64,000 bases of DNA from Candidatus Sericytochromatia bacterium. GTDB lineage: Bacteria > Cyanobacteriota > Sericytochromatia > S15B-MN24 > UBA4093. A model generated the notes under the pieces. That model searched no databases and was not told where the DNA came from. It saw only the letters and a list, made by a program, of their open reading frames with translations. Where the stretch lies: NCBI GenBank assembly GCA_036676985.1, contig JAKFBU010000047.1:1-64000 (forward strand), written 5' to 3'. How positions within the stretch are numbered: the first letter of the stretch is position 1; every line of letters starts with the position of its first letter. This document shows positions 1 through 8,508 of this stretch, piece by piece. The position numbers and the translations under genes were made by a program.

Positions 1-27
1 ACCACAAGATCGCGCTGCCCAAGGCGC

Positions 28-630
28 CTAGCCTCGTGACCGTCTAGCCACCGCCTCCGCGTACGCCGCGGGGTCGTTCAAATCCAACCAGGGAGCGTCG
101 AGGTCCAACGGGATCTCGACGCTTTCGGCATGGTGGCGCCGGACGATGGAGCGCAGCCCTTCGGGCTCCAGGGCCACAGCTCTGAGTTCAGGCAGCAGCG
201 TCCCGGACAGCAACACGGGATGTCCCCGGCGCCCGTCGCGTACCGGGACGGCCAGGCTGGTTTCCGGGCCGAGGGCTTGAATCAGCGGGTCGAGGACGCG
301 CGGATCGAGCGGCTGATCGGTACCGATGACGAGGATGGCCTGTGGCAGGCCTTCGATCGCCCGGAACCCCGCCTGCAGGGACGACGAGCGTCCCTCGGCG
401 TAGTCGGGGTTCACAACGAGCCGGGTGTTCGGGGGGACGGCGATGGCTTCTCGGATGCGGTCGGCCTCGTGTCCCAGCACCACGACGACCTGACCGAAGC
501 CCGCGAGCACGTCGAGTTGATGTTCCAGGAGGGGCTTGCCGCCCCAGTCTAGCAAGGCCTTGGGCGATCCCATGCGGCTCGAGAGGCCCGCGGCCGTGAT
601 GACGGCCGCTAGCTGCGGGTAGCTAGTCAC
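28..630 (-). CDS. mocA: MocA/MobA-like molybdenum cofactor nucleotidyltransferase (NTP_transf_3)
   Basis: AAGLSSRMGSPKALL N-terminal motif, GHPVL motif; last gene of the Xdh cluster. Confidence 0.85.
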   Translation of the reverse strand: MTSYPQLAAVITAAGLSSRMGSPKALLDWGGKPLLEHQLDVLAGFGQVVVVLGHEADRIREAIAVPPNTRLVVNPDYAEGRSSSLQAGFRAIEGLPQAILVIGTDQPLDPRVLDPLIQALGPETSLAVPVRDGRRGHPVLLSGTLLPELRAVALEPEGLRSIVRRHHAESVEIPLDLDAPWLDLNDPAAYAEAVARRSRG

Positions 631-1462
631 GGTCCATGGCGATCGCCCTGAGCACCGGATCCTCCTGGGCGAAGTTCAGCGCCTGGCCGGTCTTGCCGTG
701 CCGCACCATCTGGATCTCGGCCATGATGGACAGCGCGATGGCGGCAGGGCTCTTGCCGCCCAGGTCCAGGCCAACGGGCGATCGCAGCCGGGGCAACAGC
801 CCCGTCAGGTCCCGGCCCTCGGCCTTCAGGTTCTTGAGGATCTGCACGGTCTTTCGCTTGGAGGCCACGAGCCCCACGTACCGGCACGGCAGGTCGATGG
901 CCGCCCGCAGGGCCTGGGTGTCCTGGTCCCGCGTGGCCACGATCATGAAGCTGTTCTCGGTCCACTCGAGCTGCTGGAAGCCCTCTGCGGGCTGGGCGAT
1001 GATCCGCCGGGCCTCGGGGTAGTTGGCCTCGCTCGCCCACTCGGGTCGATCGTCCAGCACCGTCACATGGTAGTCCAGGTTCCGGGCGAGCTTCGCCACC
1101 TCGATGTTCACGTGGCCCCCGCCGACCAGCACCAGCTGGAGCTTGGGCTGGAACACCTCGACGAACACCTCGGCCGAACCGCCGCACATCATGCCGATGC
1201 CATGGGCGTGCTTCTCGGTCAGGTGCCACTTGAACTTGCGGTGTTTGCCATCGCGAAGGGCTTCGGCCGCCTCGTGGATGGCCAGGTGCTCGATGTCGCC
1301 GCCGCCGATGGTGCCGGCGAGGAGGACCCCGCCGGCTCCGACGATCATCTTGGCTCCGACCTCGTTGGGAATGGAGCCCGAGGATCCCACGATGGTCGCG
1401 ACCGCGACCGGGACATCAGCGCGTAGGTACGACGCCAGCTTCTCCAGAATGTCGAGCGACAT
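623..1462 (-). CDS. xdhC: XdhC/CoxF family xanthine dehydrogenase accessory protein
   Basis: GTIGGG, GMMCGG and RSPVGLDLGGKSPAAIALSIMAEI motifs. Confidence 0.92.
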   Translation of the reverse strand: MSLDILEKLASYLRADVPVAVATIVGSSGSIPNEVGAKMIVGAGGVLLAGTIGGGDIEHLAIHEAAEALRDGKHRKFKWHLTEKHAHGIGMMCGGSAEVFVEVFQPKLQLVLVGGGHVNIEVAKLARNLDYHVTVLDDRPEWASEANYPEARRIIAQPAEGFQQLEWTENSFMIVATRDQDTQALRAAIDLPCRYVGLVASKRKTVQILKNLKAEGRDLTGLLPRLRSPVGLDLGGKSPAAIALSIMAEIQMVRHGKTGQALNFAQEDPVLRAIAMDRD

Positions 1463-3728
1463 GGGGCTTGGCCTCCTGGATGGCGCGCCAGACGCGCTCG
1501 GGGGTGGCGGGCAGCTCGGTCACGCGGCAGCCGATGGCGTCCGCGATGGCCGCGAGAATGGCGGGCGGCGTACCGATGAGGGGCGGCTCGCCGACGCCGT
1601 GGGCCCCGTAGGGACCACCCGGGTCGAAGTGCTCGAGGATCACGGCCTCGATGGGCGGCACGTCCACCATGGTCGGTAGGATGTAGTCCGTGAAGTTCGG
1701 GTTCATCATCTTGCCGTCCCGGCGCACGACCTCTTCCATCAGGGCCATGCCCAGCCCCTGCACGACGCCGCCCTCGATCTGGCCGGTGACGAGCTGGGGG
1801 TTGATGGCCTTGCCCACGTCGTGCACGGCCACGATCTTCTGGACATGCACCTCGCCCGTCTCGACGTCCACCAGGACCTCGGCGGCATGGCTGCCGAACA
1901 GGTAGGTGATGAACGCCCGCGGCGAGAGGCCGCTCGGATCGCCCTCCATCGTTGGAGGCTGGAACAGGCTCTCGGCCTCGAGCGAGTAGCCGCGGCGGCG
2001 GCCCTCGGCCAGCACGTCCTTGAGGCTCACCCGCTGCATGGGGTCGTCGGCGTGGAGGATGTAGCCGTCCACGAACCGCAGCTCATCCGGGTGGATGGGC
2101 AGGAGCGTGGCTGCGATGTCCATGAGCTGGTGCCGCAGCTCGAAGGAGGCGAGCTTGACGGCGTTGCCCGTGAAGTAGGTCTGCCGCGTGGCGGAGCTCG
2201 AGCCCGCCTCGGGCGTGCGGTGGGTGTCCGCGCTCACGACCCGCACGGTGGTGGCGTCGACGCCCAGGTCGTGGGCCGCGATCTGCGCCATGGCCGTCGT
2301 CAGGCCCTGGCCCACCTCGACCGCGCCGGTGTAGAGCTCCAGCACGTCGTCCTCGGCGAAGCGCACCCGCGCCCGCGAGGTGTCGGGGAAGCCATCGCCG
2401 TAGCCCAGGCCGAAGCAGAAGGAGCTCACACCATAGCCGCGCTTGAGGTGCGGCTTGGGGCTCGAGTAGTCGCGCTTTTCCCAGCCGATGCGCTCCTGGG
2501 CCGCCTCGAGGCACTCGACGGTCGAGGAGACGTTCAGGATCTGGCCGGTGGTCAGGCCTTCGCCCGCCCGCAGGAGGTTCTTGCGGCGCAACTCCACCCG
2601 GTCCATGCCGAGCTTGTCGGCCAGCAGGTCCAGGGCGCCCTCGTAGGCGATCGCCATCTGGCACGCGCCGAAACCGCGCATGGCGCCGGTGGGGTTGTGG
2701 TTGGTGAACACGCCCACCACGTCGACCAGAACGTTCGGCACCCGGTAGGGGCCCGTGGCGTGGCTCGCCGCCTTGCGCAGGACCGCGATGCCCGTCGAGG
2801 CGTAGGCTCCCTCGTCCGCGAGCACCTTGACCTTGGCGCCGGTAATGGTGCCGTCCTGCTTGGCGCCCAGCGTGAACTGGATGCGGATCGGGTGGCGCTT
2901 GTGGCGCGCGATCATCGACTCGGCGCGATCGTAGTCCAGGCGGACCCGCTTGCCGAGCTTGAGGGCGGCCAGGCCCAAGTAGATCTGGATGCCGATGTCC
3001 TCGCGACCGCCGAAGGCCCCGCCCGTCGCGGGCTGGATCACCCGGAGCCGCTCCTTGGGCAGGCCGAGGGCGAGCGCGATGAGGCGCGCCTCCTCGTGGA
3101 CCCACTGGCCCGAGGCATGGATGACGAGCGTGTCGCCGTCCATCTCGGCCATGCCGGCCTCCACGTCCAAGAAGGCGTGGTCGACGGTCTGCGTGAGGAA
3201 CGTGCCCTCGACCACCACGTCCGACTCGGCGAGGGCCACCTCGGCGTTGCCTTTGACGATGGGCTTGCGGCCCAAGAGGTTGCCTTCCGGATGGATCCGG
3301 GGCGCGTCGGGTGCGAGTGCCGCGTCGATATCGTAGACGCCGGGCAGGACCTTGTAGTCGACCTTGATGAGCTTGCAGGCCTGCTCGGCCAGGTGGTGGT
3401 CCTCGGCCACCACGACGGCCACGGCGTCGCCCGTGTAGCGCACGAAGCGGGTGGCGAGCACCTCCTGGTCGCGGCGGATGAGGCCGTGCTTGTTGGTGCC
3501 GGGCACGTCCTTGTGGGTGTAGACGGCCACCACTCCCGGCAGGGCCTCGGCCGCCGAGGTGTCGAGGCTCAGAATCTCGGCGTGCGGATGGGCGCTGCGC
3601 AGGACCTTGACCACGAGCGCGTCCTTGCCGGCGAGGTCCCCGCCGTACTTGGTCTCGCCCGTGACCTTGCCGCGGGCGTCGTTGCGGCGGATGCTCTTGC
3701 CGACCGCCCCTTGAATGTTCTCCGACAT
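1416..3728 (-). CDS. Xanthine dehydrogenase-family molybdopterin-binding large subunit
   Basis: GGAFGGRE, AMRGFG, GQIEGGVVQGLG and GVGEPP motifs; 770 aa. Confidence 0.93.
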   Translation of the reverse strand: MSENIQGAVGKSIRRNDARGKVTGETKYGGDLAGKDALVVKVLRSAHPHAEILSLDTSAAEALPGVVAVYTHKDVPGTNKHGLIRRDQEVLATRFVRYTGDAVAVVVAEDHHLAEQACKLIKVDYKVLPGVYDIDAALAPDAPRIHPEGNLLGRKPIVKGNAEVALAESDVVVEGTFLTQTVDHAFLDVEAGMAEMDGDTLVIHASGQWVHEEARLIALALGLPKERLRVIQPATGGAFGGREDIGIQIYLGLAALKLGKRVRLDYDRAESMIARHKRHPIRIQFTLGAKQDGTITGAKVKVLADEGAYASTGIAVLRKAASHATGPYRVPNVLVDVVGVFTNHNPTGAMRGFGACQMAIAYEGALDLLADKLGMDRVELRRKNLLRAGEGLTTGQILNVSSTVECLEAAQERIGWEKRDYSSPKPHLKRGYGVSSFCFGLGYGDGFPDTSRARVRFAEDDVLELYTGAVEVGQGLTTAMAQIAAHDLGVDATTVRVVSADTHRTPEAGSSSATRQTYFTGNAVKLASFELRHQLMDIAATLLPIHPDELRFVDGYILHADDPMQRVSLKDVLAEGRRRGYSLEAESLFQPPTMEGDPSGLSPRAFITYLFGSHAAEVLVDVETGEVHVQKIVAVHDVGKAINPQLVTGQIEGGVVQGLGMALMEEVVRRDGKMMNPNFTDYILPTMVDVPPIEAVILEHFDPGGPYGAHGVGEPPLIGTPPAILAAIADAIGCRVTELPATPERVWRAIQEAKPHVARHSGEAGVVPTR

Positions 3729-4237
3729 TAGGCCAGTTCCTCTCTAGCCGCCTGAATCACGGCGTCGATGACCTTCATGTAACCGGTGCAGCGGCAGATG
3801 TTGCCCTCCATGCCGCGGCGAATCTCGTCGTCGGTGGGTACGTGGTCGCACTTCTCGATGAACGCCTTGGCCGCGATGAGCAGGCCCGGCGTGCAGTAGC
3901 CGCACTGCACGGCCCCGCACTCGAGGAAGGCTTCCTGCACGGTGGCGAGCTCGTCGCCCTTGGCGAGGCCCTCGACCGTCACGACCTCATGGCCCGCGGC
4001 CTGCGGGGCGAGGATGAGGCACGAGTTCTGAGGCACGCCGTCGATGAGCACCGTGCACGAGCCGCACTCGCCCTCGAGGCAGGCGCCCTTGGTGCCCGTG
4101 TGGCCGAGGTTCATGCGCAGGACGTCGAGCAGGGTGTCCGTCGGGCGGCACTGGGTCTCGACGGGCTTGCCGTTCAGGGTGAAGCCGAGCTGCCAGGCGG
4201 CACCGGTCTGGGCGTTGGAATCAGGATGCGTGAGCAT
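3728..4237 (-). CDS. Xdh-family 2x[2Fe-2S] small subunit (CoxS-like)
   Basis: CLEGECGSCTV, QCGYCTPG and GNICRCTGY motifs. Confidence 0.95.
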   Translation of the reverse strand: MLTHPDSNAQTGAAWQLGFTLNGKPVETQCRPTDTLLDVLRMNLGHTGTKGACLEGECGSCTVLIDGVPQNSCLILAPQAAGHEVVTVEGLAKGDELATVQEAFLECGAVQCGYCTPGLLIAAKAFIEKCDHVPTDDEIRRGMEGNICRCTGYMKVIDAVIQAAREELA

Positions 4238-5048
4238 GGGTGCCTCCGGCGGTCAGTTCGCTGAGCAGACGCGCGACGAGCACGCCCGAGACGTCCCGGC
4301 GATAGTCGGCGCCGGCGCGGTGGTCGGTAATCGGGTTGACCTCCTCGCGGGCGAGGCGGCCGGCCTCCTCGATGGTCGAGGGGCGGAGGCCTTCGGCCTT
4401 GAGGAAAGCCTCGGTCTTGAGCAGGCGCAAGGGAGTGGGGGCCACCGAGCCCAGGGCGATGCGGGGCGCGCCGTCCTGGCCGATGGCCACGGCGCACATG
4501 ACGATCGAGATGGCCACCGAGTTGCGCTTGCCGATCTTATAGAAGGCGCTCGCGGCCGGGTGGTCGAACCGCACGGCCGAGATGAGCTCGTCGGGCGCAA
4601 TCACCGTCTTGCCGACGCCCAGGAAGAACTCCTGCAGGGGCACGGTGCGCGAGCCGCGCAACGAGACGAGCTCCACCTCGGCTTCGAGGGCCAGGAGGCC
4701 GACCGACACGTCGCCCGCAGGGCTCGCGGTTCCGAGTTGTCCGCCGATGGTGCCCCGGTTGCGGATCTGGGGGCCGCCCACCTGGCGCGCGGAGTTCGCG
4801 AGGGCCGCCACCTCGCAGGTCTCGACCATGGCGTGCGTGCAGCCTGCGCCCAGGGTCATGGAGCGCCCGTCATTGTGGACGTAGCACAGCTCGTTGAGGC
4901 GGCTGAGGTCGATGACCTCGTCGAGGGTGACCCGGCCCTTCTGCATGCCGACCACCAGGTCGGTGCCGCCGGCGAGGAAACGGGCCGAGGGGCCCAGCTT
5001 GGCTTTCAGTTCCAGCGCTTCTTGCAGCGTGGATGGTTGGTAAAACAT
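4221..5048 (-). CDS. Xdh-family FAD-binding medium subunit (CoxM-like)
   Basis: AGGTDL and QIRNRGTIGG motifs; start trimmed to ATG 5048 (MFYQP). Confidence 0.92.
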   Translation of the reverse strand: MFYQPSTLQEALELKAKLGPSARFLAGGTDLVVGMQKGRVTLDEVIDLSRLNELCYVHNDGRSMTLGAGCTHAMVETCEVAALANSARQVGGPQIRNRGTIGGQLGTASPAGDVSVGLLALEAEVELVSLRGSRTVPLQEFFLGVGKTVIAPDELISAVRFDHPAASAFYKIGKRNSVAISIVMCAVAIGQDGAPRIALGSVAPTPLRLLKTEAFLKAEGLRPSTIEEAGRLAREEVNPITDHRAGADYRRDVSGVLVARLLSELTAGGTHAHAS

Positions 5049-5258
5049 CGTCGGTTTACCCCTTGCAAAAGTCGAATATGACGAGCGCTTAACATGGGTA
5101 TCAGCCATTCTTGTTCCACAAACCCCGTGTCGTCAATCCTCCAAACGACCCGAGGGCGGTTAGGTCGCTCGGAACGCAAGTCTGCGGCCGGGCGGGCGAA
5201 AACTGGGTATAGGAGCTTAGCGCACGCACGTTTCAGGCTGCTCCAGAAAGGCCCTTGC

Positions 5259-6677
5259 ATGCCTCGCATCGATGACCAGAAGAGCCCGCTCGCGGTCTCG
5301 CCGAAGTCGCCGACCGGTCCCACGGGGCCCGTTCCCGCGCCGGCTCCGGCCGAGTCCCGGCAGCCGGGCCTGGCGCAAGACGCCAAGACGATTCGCACGC
5401 GCGAGCGCACGCGGGAAATAGGGCTCTCGGATCTAGTCAAGAAGGCCAAGGAGGCCGAAGGCGGGTCGCAGCCCCCGACGCCCGCGCCGACCCCTGCGGC
5501 CGTCGCGTCGCCCCCGGCCCCCAAGCAGGAAAAGAAGGGCTTCTTCGCAGGGCTCTGGGACAGCGTGTCGAGTGCCGCCAAGTCGGCCTGGTCGTCCGTG
5601 TCCTCGTGGGCCTCGAACCTGTGGGAAAAGGTGTCGGGCAAGGCCAAGGAAGTCGGCCTGGAGGCACTGGAGACGGCCGGCGAGAAGGCCATGGGCGTCT
5701 CGTTCGAGGACTTCAAGACCCGTGACGTCGTGGACGACCCCACCGACGTCAACGGCTACCGCAAGCGCGAGCAGGATCAGGCCGTCGACGAGACCAAGCG
5801 GAACGCCGCGGCGGAGGAAGGCGCGATCGCCCGCCTCTCGCCCGAAGACAAGGCCAAGTACCAGGCGGTGCTCGAGGTGGTCGACGGCGAGCCCATGGCG
5901 CGGCGGCAGATGCAGGCCATGCTGCTCGCGGGCAAGCTTCCCGGCGACAAGGTCCTCGTCGGCAACGGCACGCTCCTCGACGAGCTGAACAAGCTGACAT
6001 CCCAGCCCCTGGCGGAAGACATCGACCGCAAGGCCCTGGTCTCGCAGGTCATCGGCGAGGTCGAGAACCCGGTCCGCATCGCCCAGCAGAGCCAGAACAC
6101 CTGCGGGGCGACCACGGCCCAGATCCTGCTCGCCCGAAAGCATCCCGCCGAGTACGTCCGGCTCTTGGGCGGCCTCGCCTCCCCGGAGGGCAAGGTCGAG
6201 ACGGCCGGCGACGACACGCTCAATCGCCACAAGGACTGGAACTTCTCCGGAGACGGAGGGCGCAGCGTGCCGAGCCGCCTCTTCCAGCCCGCCGTGATGC
6301 AGCTCTCGAAGGTCGTCTCGTTCCTTCAGTACGACAACACCAAGGATGCCACCACGATCGCCGACCGCCCGATTCACCCGGGTATGTTTGGCTGGCAGGC
6401 CGCGCGGGTCCACTCGTCCCTGCAGGGATCGGGCTATGACAACGACTCGTTCATGGTCTGGAACCGCGACGAGAAGTGGAACGAGGTGAAGGGGGCCCTA
6501 TCCGACGGAAAGGGCCCGGTTCCCATCTCCATGACCTGGGAGGGATCGGCGCACTACGTCCAGATCGACAAGGTCGAGGACGGCAAAGTCCACTACACCA
6601 ACCCCTGGGGGCAGCGCGAGACCATGGCCGAAGACGAATTCAAGTCCCACGTGCTGCAGGCTCAGATCCCGGACTAG
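5259..6677 (+). CDS. Hypothetical protein: disordered Pro-rich N-terminus plus papain-like (C39/C2-like) cysteine peptidase domain
   Basis: QQSQNTCGATT (Gln/Cys), SAHYVQI (His), YTNPWG (Asn); probable start ATG 5259. Confidence 0.65.
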   Translation: MPRIDDQKSPLAVSPKSPTGPTGPVPAPAPAESRQPGLAQDAKTIRTRERTREIGLSDLVKKAKEAEGGSQPPTPAPTPAAVASPPAPKQEKKGFFAGLWDSVSSAAKSAWSSVSSWASNLWEKVSGKAKEVGLEALETAGEKAMGVSFEDFKTRDVVDDPTDVNGYRKREQDQAVDETKRNAAAEEGAIARLSPEDKAKYQAVLEVVDGEPMARRQMQAMLLAGKLPGDKVLVGNGTLLDELNKLTSQPLAEDIDRKALVSQVIGEVENPVRIAQQSQNTCGATTAQILLARKHPAEYVRLLGGLASPEGKVETAGDDTLNRHKDWNFSGDGGRSVPSRLFQPAVMQLSKVVSFLQYDNTKDATTIADRPIHPGMFGWQAARVHSSLQGSGYDNDSFMVWNRDEKWNEVKGALSDGKGPVPISMTWEGSAHYVQIDKVEDGKVHYTNPWGQRETMAEDEFKSHVLQAQIPD

Positions 6678-7288
6678 CGCCCGATCAACGTTAGAAAGCG
6701 ACCGACCCGCGACGTGTAGTCCGCGTAGGCGGCTCCATGGACCGTGCGCAAAAAGGCCTCCTCGAGACGGACGAGCACCGTGAGCTGCGAGACCGCGAGG
6801 ACCAGAAGCACGAGGGTCAAGGCATCGCCCAGGAGCAGGAAGACGCCGATGGCCGCGAGCATGATCGACAGGTAGATCGGGTTGCGGCTGACGGCGAAGA
6901 TGCCCGAGGTCACCAGTGGCGGGGTATCGGCATGATCGACCCCGAAGCGCCAGGACGCGCCCATCTGAGCCTGGGCGAGCCAGGCGACGAGGAGGCCGAG
7001 GAGGGTCAGGCCGACGCCGGCCGCCCAGACGACGGGCTGAGCGAGCATCGCGAACCGGGGTAGCAGGATAAAGGCCGCGGGCCAGAAGACCTTGAGGCCG
7101 ATGATGGCGCCGTAGCCGACCAGGGCGAGCCCCAGCCAGAGCTGCACGCAGCCCATGGGCGTTTCGGGCGACTCCAGGTGGACGGGGTTGCGCCCGGTCC
7201 GGCGCCAGATGAGCGCCGTGCGCAACAGCACGGGCCCCGTCGCGAAGACCACCGAGAACCCGAGCAAGTAGAGATCCCACCCCGACAT
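6674..7288 (-). CDS. Isoprenylcysteine carboxyl methyltransferase/PEMT family membrane protein
   Basis: LVTSGIFAVSRNPIY and EEAFL...YADYTSRVGRF motifs; several TM segments. Confidence 0.85.
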   Translation of the reverse strand: MSGWDLYLLGFSVVFATGPVLLRTALIWRRTGRNPVHLESPETPMGCVQLWLGLALVGYGAIIGLKVFWPAAFILLPRFAMLAQPVVWAAGVGLTLLGLLVAWLAQAQMGASWRFGVDHADTPPLVTSGIFAVSRNPIYLSIMLAAIGVFLLLGDALTLVLLVLAVSQLTVLVRLEEAFLRTVHGAAYADYTSRVGRFLTLIGR

Positions 7289-7394
7289 CCGGCGTATTCC
7301 TCCAGGCCATACGTGCACCTGACTGCTATGGTGCCAGGAAATGCAGGCAACCGCTATAATCTCGTTGCCCGACCCGCTCGTTCCAGGAGGTCCC

Positions 7395-7862
7395 ATGCGG
7401 CGCATCATCCCCGCGCTTTCCGTCCTGTCGCTCTTGGCTGCCTCGCTGCCGGCCCAGGCCCAGCAGCCTATCTTCGTCATGCGCACGACCAACGTGCCGG
7501 TCGAGCTCAAGGACCCGTTCACGGCCTACTCGATCGGCCTGGTTCCCTTCTACTCCATCGGGGCGGCGAACTACGTGGGGACCACGCGGCTCAAGTGGGA
7601 TCCCGATCCCGGCCTCAAATTCTCGGCCGTGACCCAGACGTTGCTGGACGTGGCCCTGCTCGCGGCAGGTATCTACCTCTACCAGCGCAGCACGACCGAG
7701 CCCACGACCTCCGCCACCTTCCTCTCGGGCGGAGTCGGGGCCCTGGCGGCCATCCCGCTCACACATCTCTGGTTCCACGCTCCGTTCTGGGGTCAGCAGG
7801 CGGTGGAGTTCAACCGCAAGCGCCTGGAACAGGAAGGCTTTTCCACCAAGGAGCCCAATTAA
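7395..7862 (+). CDS. Hypothetical exported/membrane protein
   Basis: AGGAGG SD, signal peptide ending AQA, two hydrophobic segments. Confidence 0.7.
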   Translation: MRRIIPALSVLSLLAASLPAQAQQPIFVMRTTNVPVELKDPFTAYSIGLVPFYSIGAANYVGTTRLKWDPDPGLKFSAVTQTLLDVALLAAGIYLYQRSTTEPTTSATFLSGGVGALAAIPLTHLWFHAPFWGQQAVEFNRKRLEQEGFSTKEPN

Positions 7863-7948
7863 CTTCTCCGTTTTGGACCAAACCCCTTGCCCATGCGAAC
7901 ACCATAATCGGAGCCGTCAGAGTGTCCGCTTTCAAGGAGGGGATTGCC

Positions 7949-8161
7949 TTGCTGACGCGAGAAGATCGCATGAAGATGGCCATGGAGTTGACGCGCCTGG
8001 TCTGGGATCTCAAGAACTCCGAGTTTTCGGGCGAGCGCTCCGACATGATCCTGGACGTCTTCGAGACCTGCTACCGCAAGATGGAGGGCCTCGGGTTCGC
8101 TGTCACGGACGAAGCGCCCATGATCAGCGTCATCGAGGAGCCGGTCGTCCCCGCGGATTAA
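7949..8161 (+). CDS. Small hypothetical protein (70 aa, MLTREDRMKMAMEL...)
   Basis: AAGGAGG SD before TTG, host-like codon usage, followed by a hairpin. Confidence 0.7.
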   Translation: MLTREDRMKMAMELTRLVWDLKNSEFSGERSDMILDVFETCYRKMEGLGFAVTDEAPMISVIEEPVVPAD

Positions 8162-8180
8162 CGGGCGAGCCGGAGACGCG

Positions 8181-8209
8181 AAGGTCCCTGGTCACGCCAG
8201 GGACCCTTT
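8181..8209. terminator. Probable bidirectional terminator
   Basis: ggtccctgg-tcacg-ccagggacc hairpin between convergent small ORFs. Confidence 0.6.
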
Positions 8210-8237
8210 GTCATGCGGACATGCGGGCGCCGTCGGT

Positions 8238-8348
8238 TTAGTTGACTTCCTGCCCGGTCACCTGAAGGGTCAAGAGGTAGATGGTGACCATGCAGAGGAC
8301 TCCGAACTGCGCCATCATCGTCGGGGTCACGAATTCTACGCTGAACAT
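8238..8348 (-). CDS. 36-aa single-TM small protein MFSVEFVTPTMMAQFGVLCMVTIYLLTLQVTGQEVN (absent from ORF track)
   Basis: AGGAGG SD 6 nt before ATG, GC3-rich codons, hydrophobic core. Confidence 0.6.
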   Translation of the reverse strand: MFSVEFVTPTMMAQFGVLCMVTIYLLTLQVTGQEVN

Positions 8349-8508
8349 CGCACACCTCCTTTTGATGATCGATGTTGCCCGTCTCTATGCTTCTATTATG
8401 GGTCGCCATCGTTCGCTCCCTGCATGGGCTTCATTGCGGATTTATTAGGTCTTGCATGAGATTTCGCGAAAACCGAGTGCCCGTGTGACTTTGCGCACAT
8501 TTTGCTCC

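Noticed and set aside
1821-3731. Long antisense or alternate-frame ORFs (also 8396-10060, 24141-26489, 30327-31862, 37165-38910, 48011-50467, 60275-62284)
   Set aside because: Shadow ORFs caused by high GC3 over well-supported genes; no motifs and biased Arg/Gly/Ala/Pro composition.
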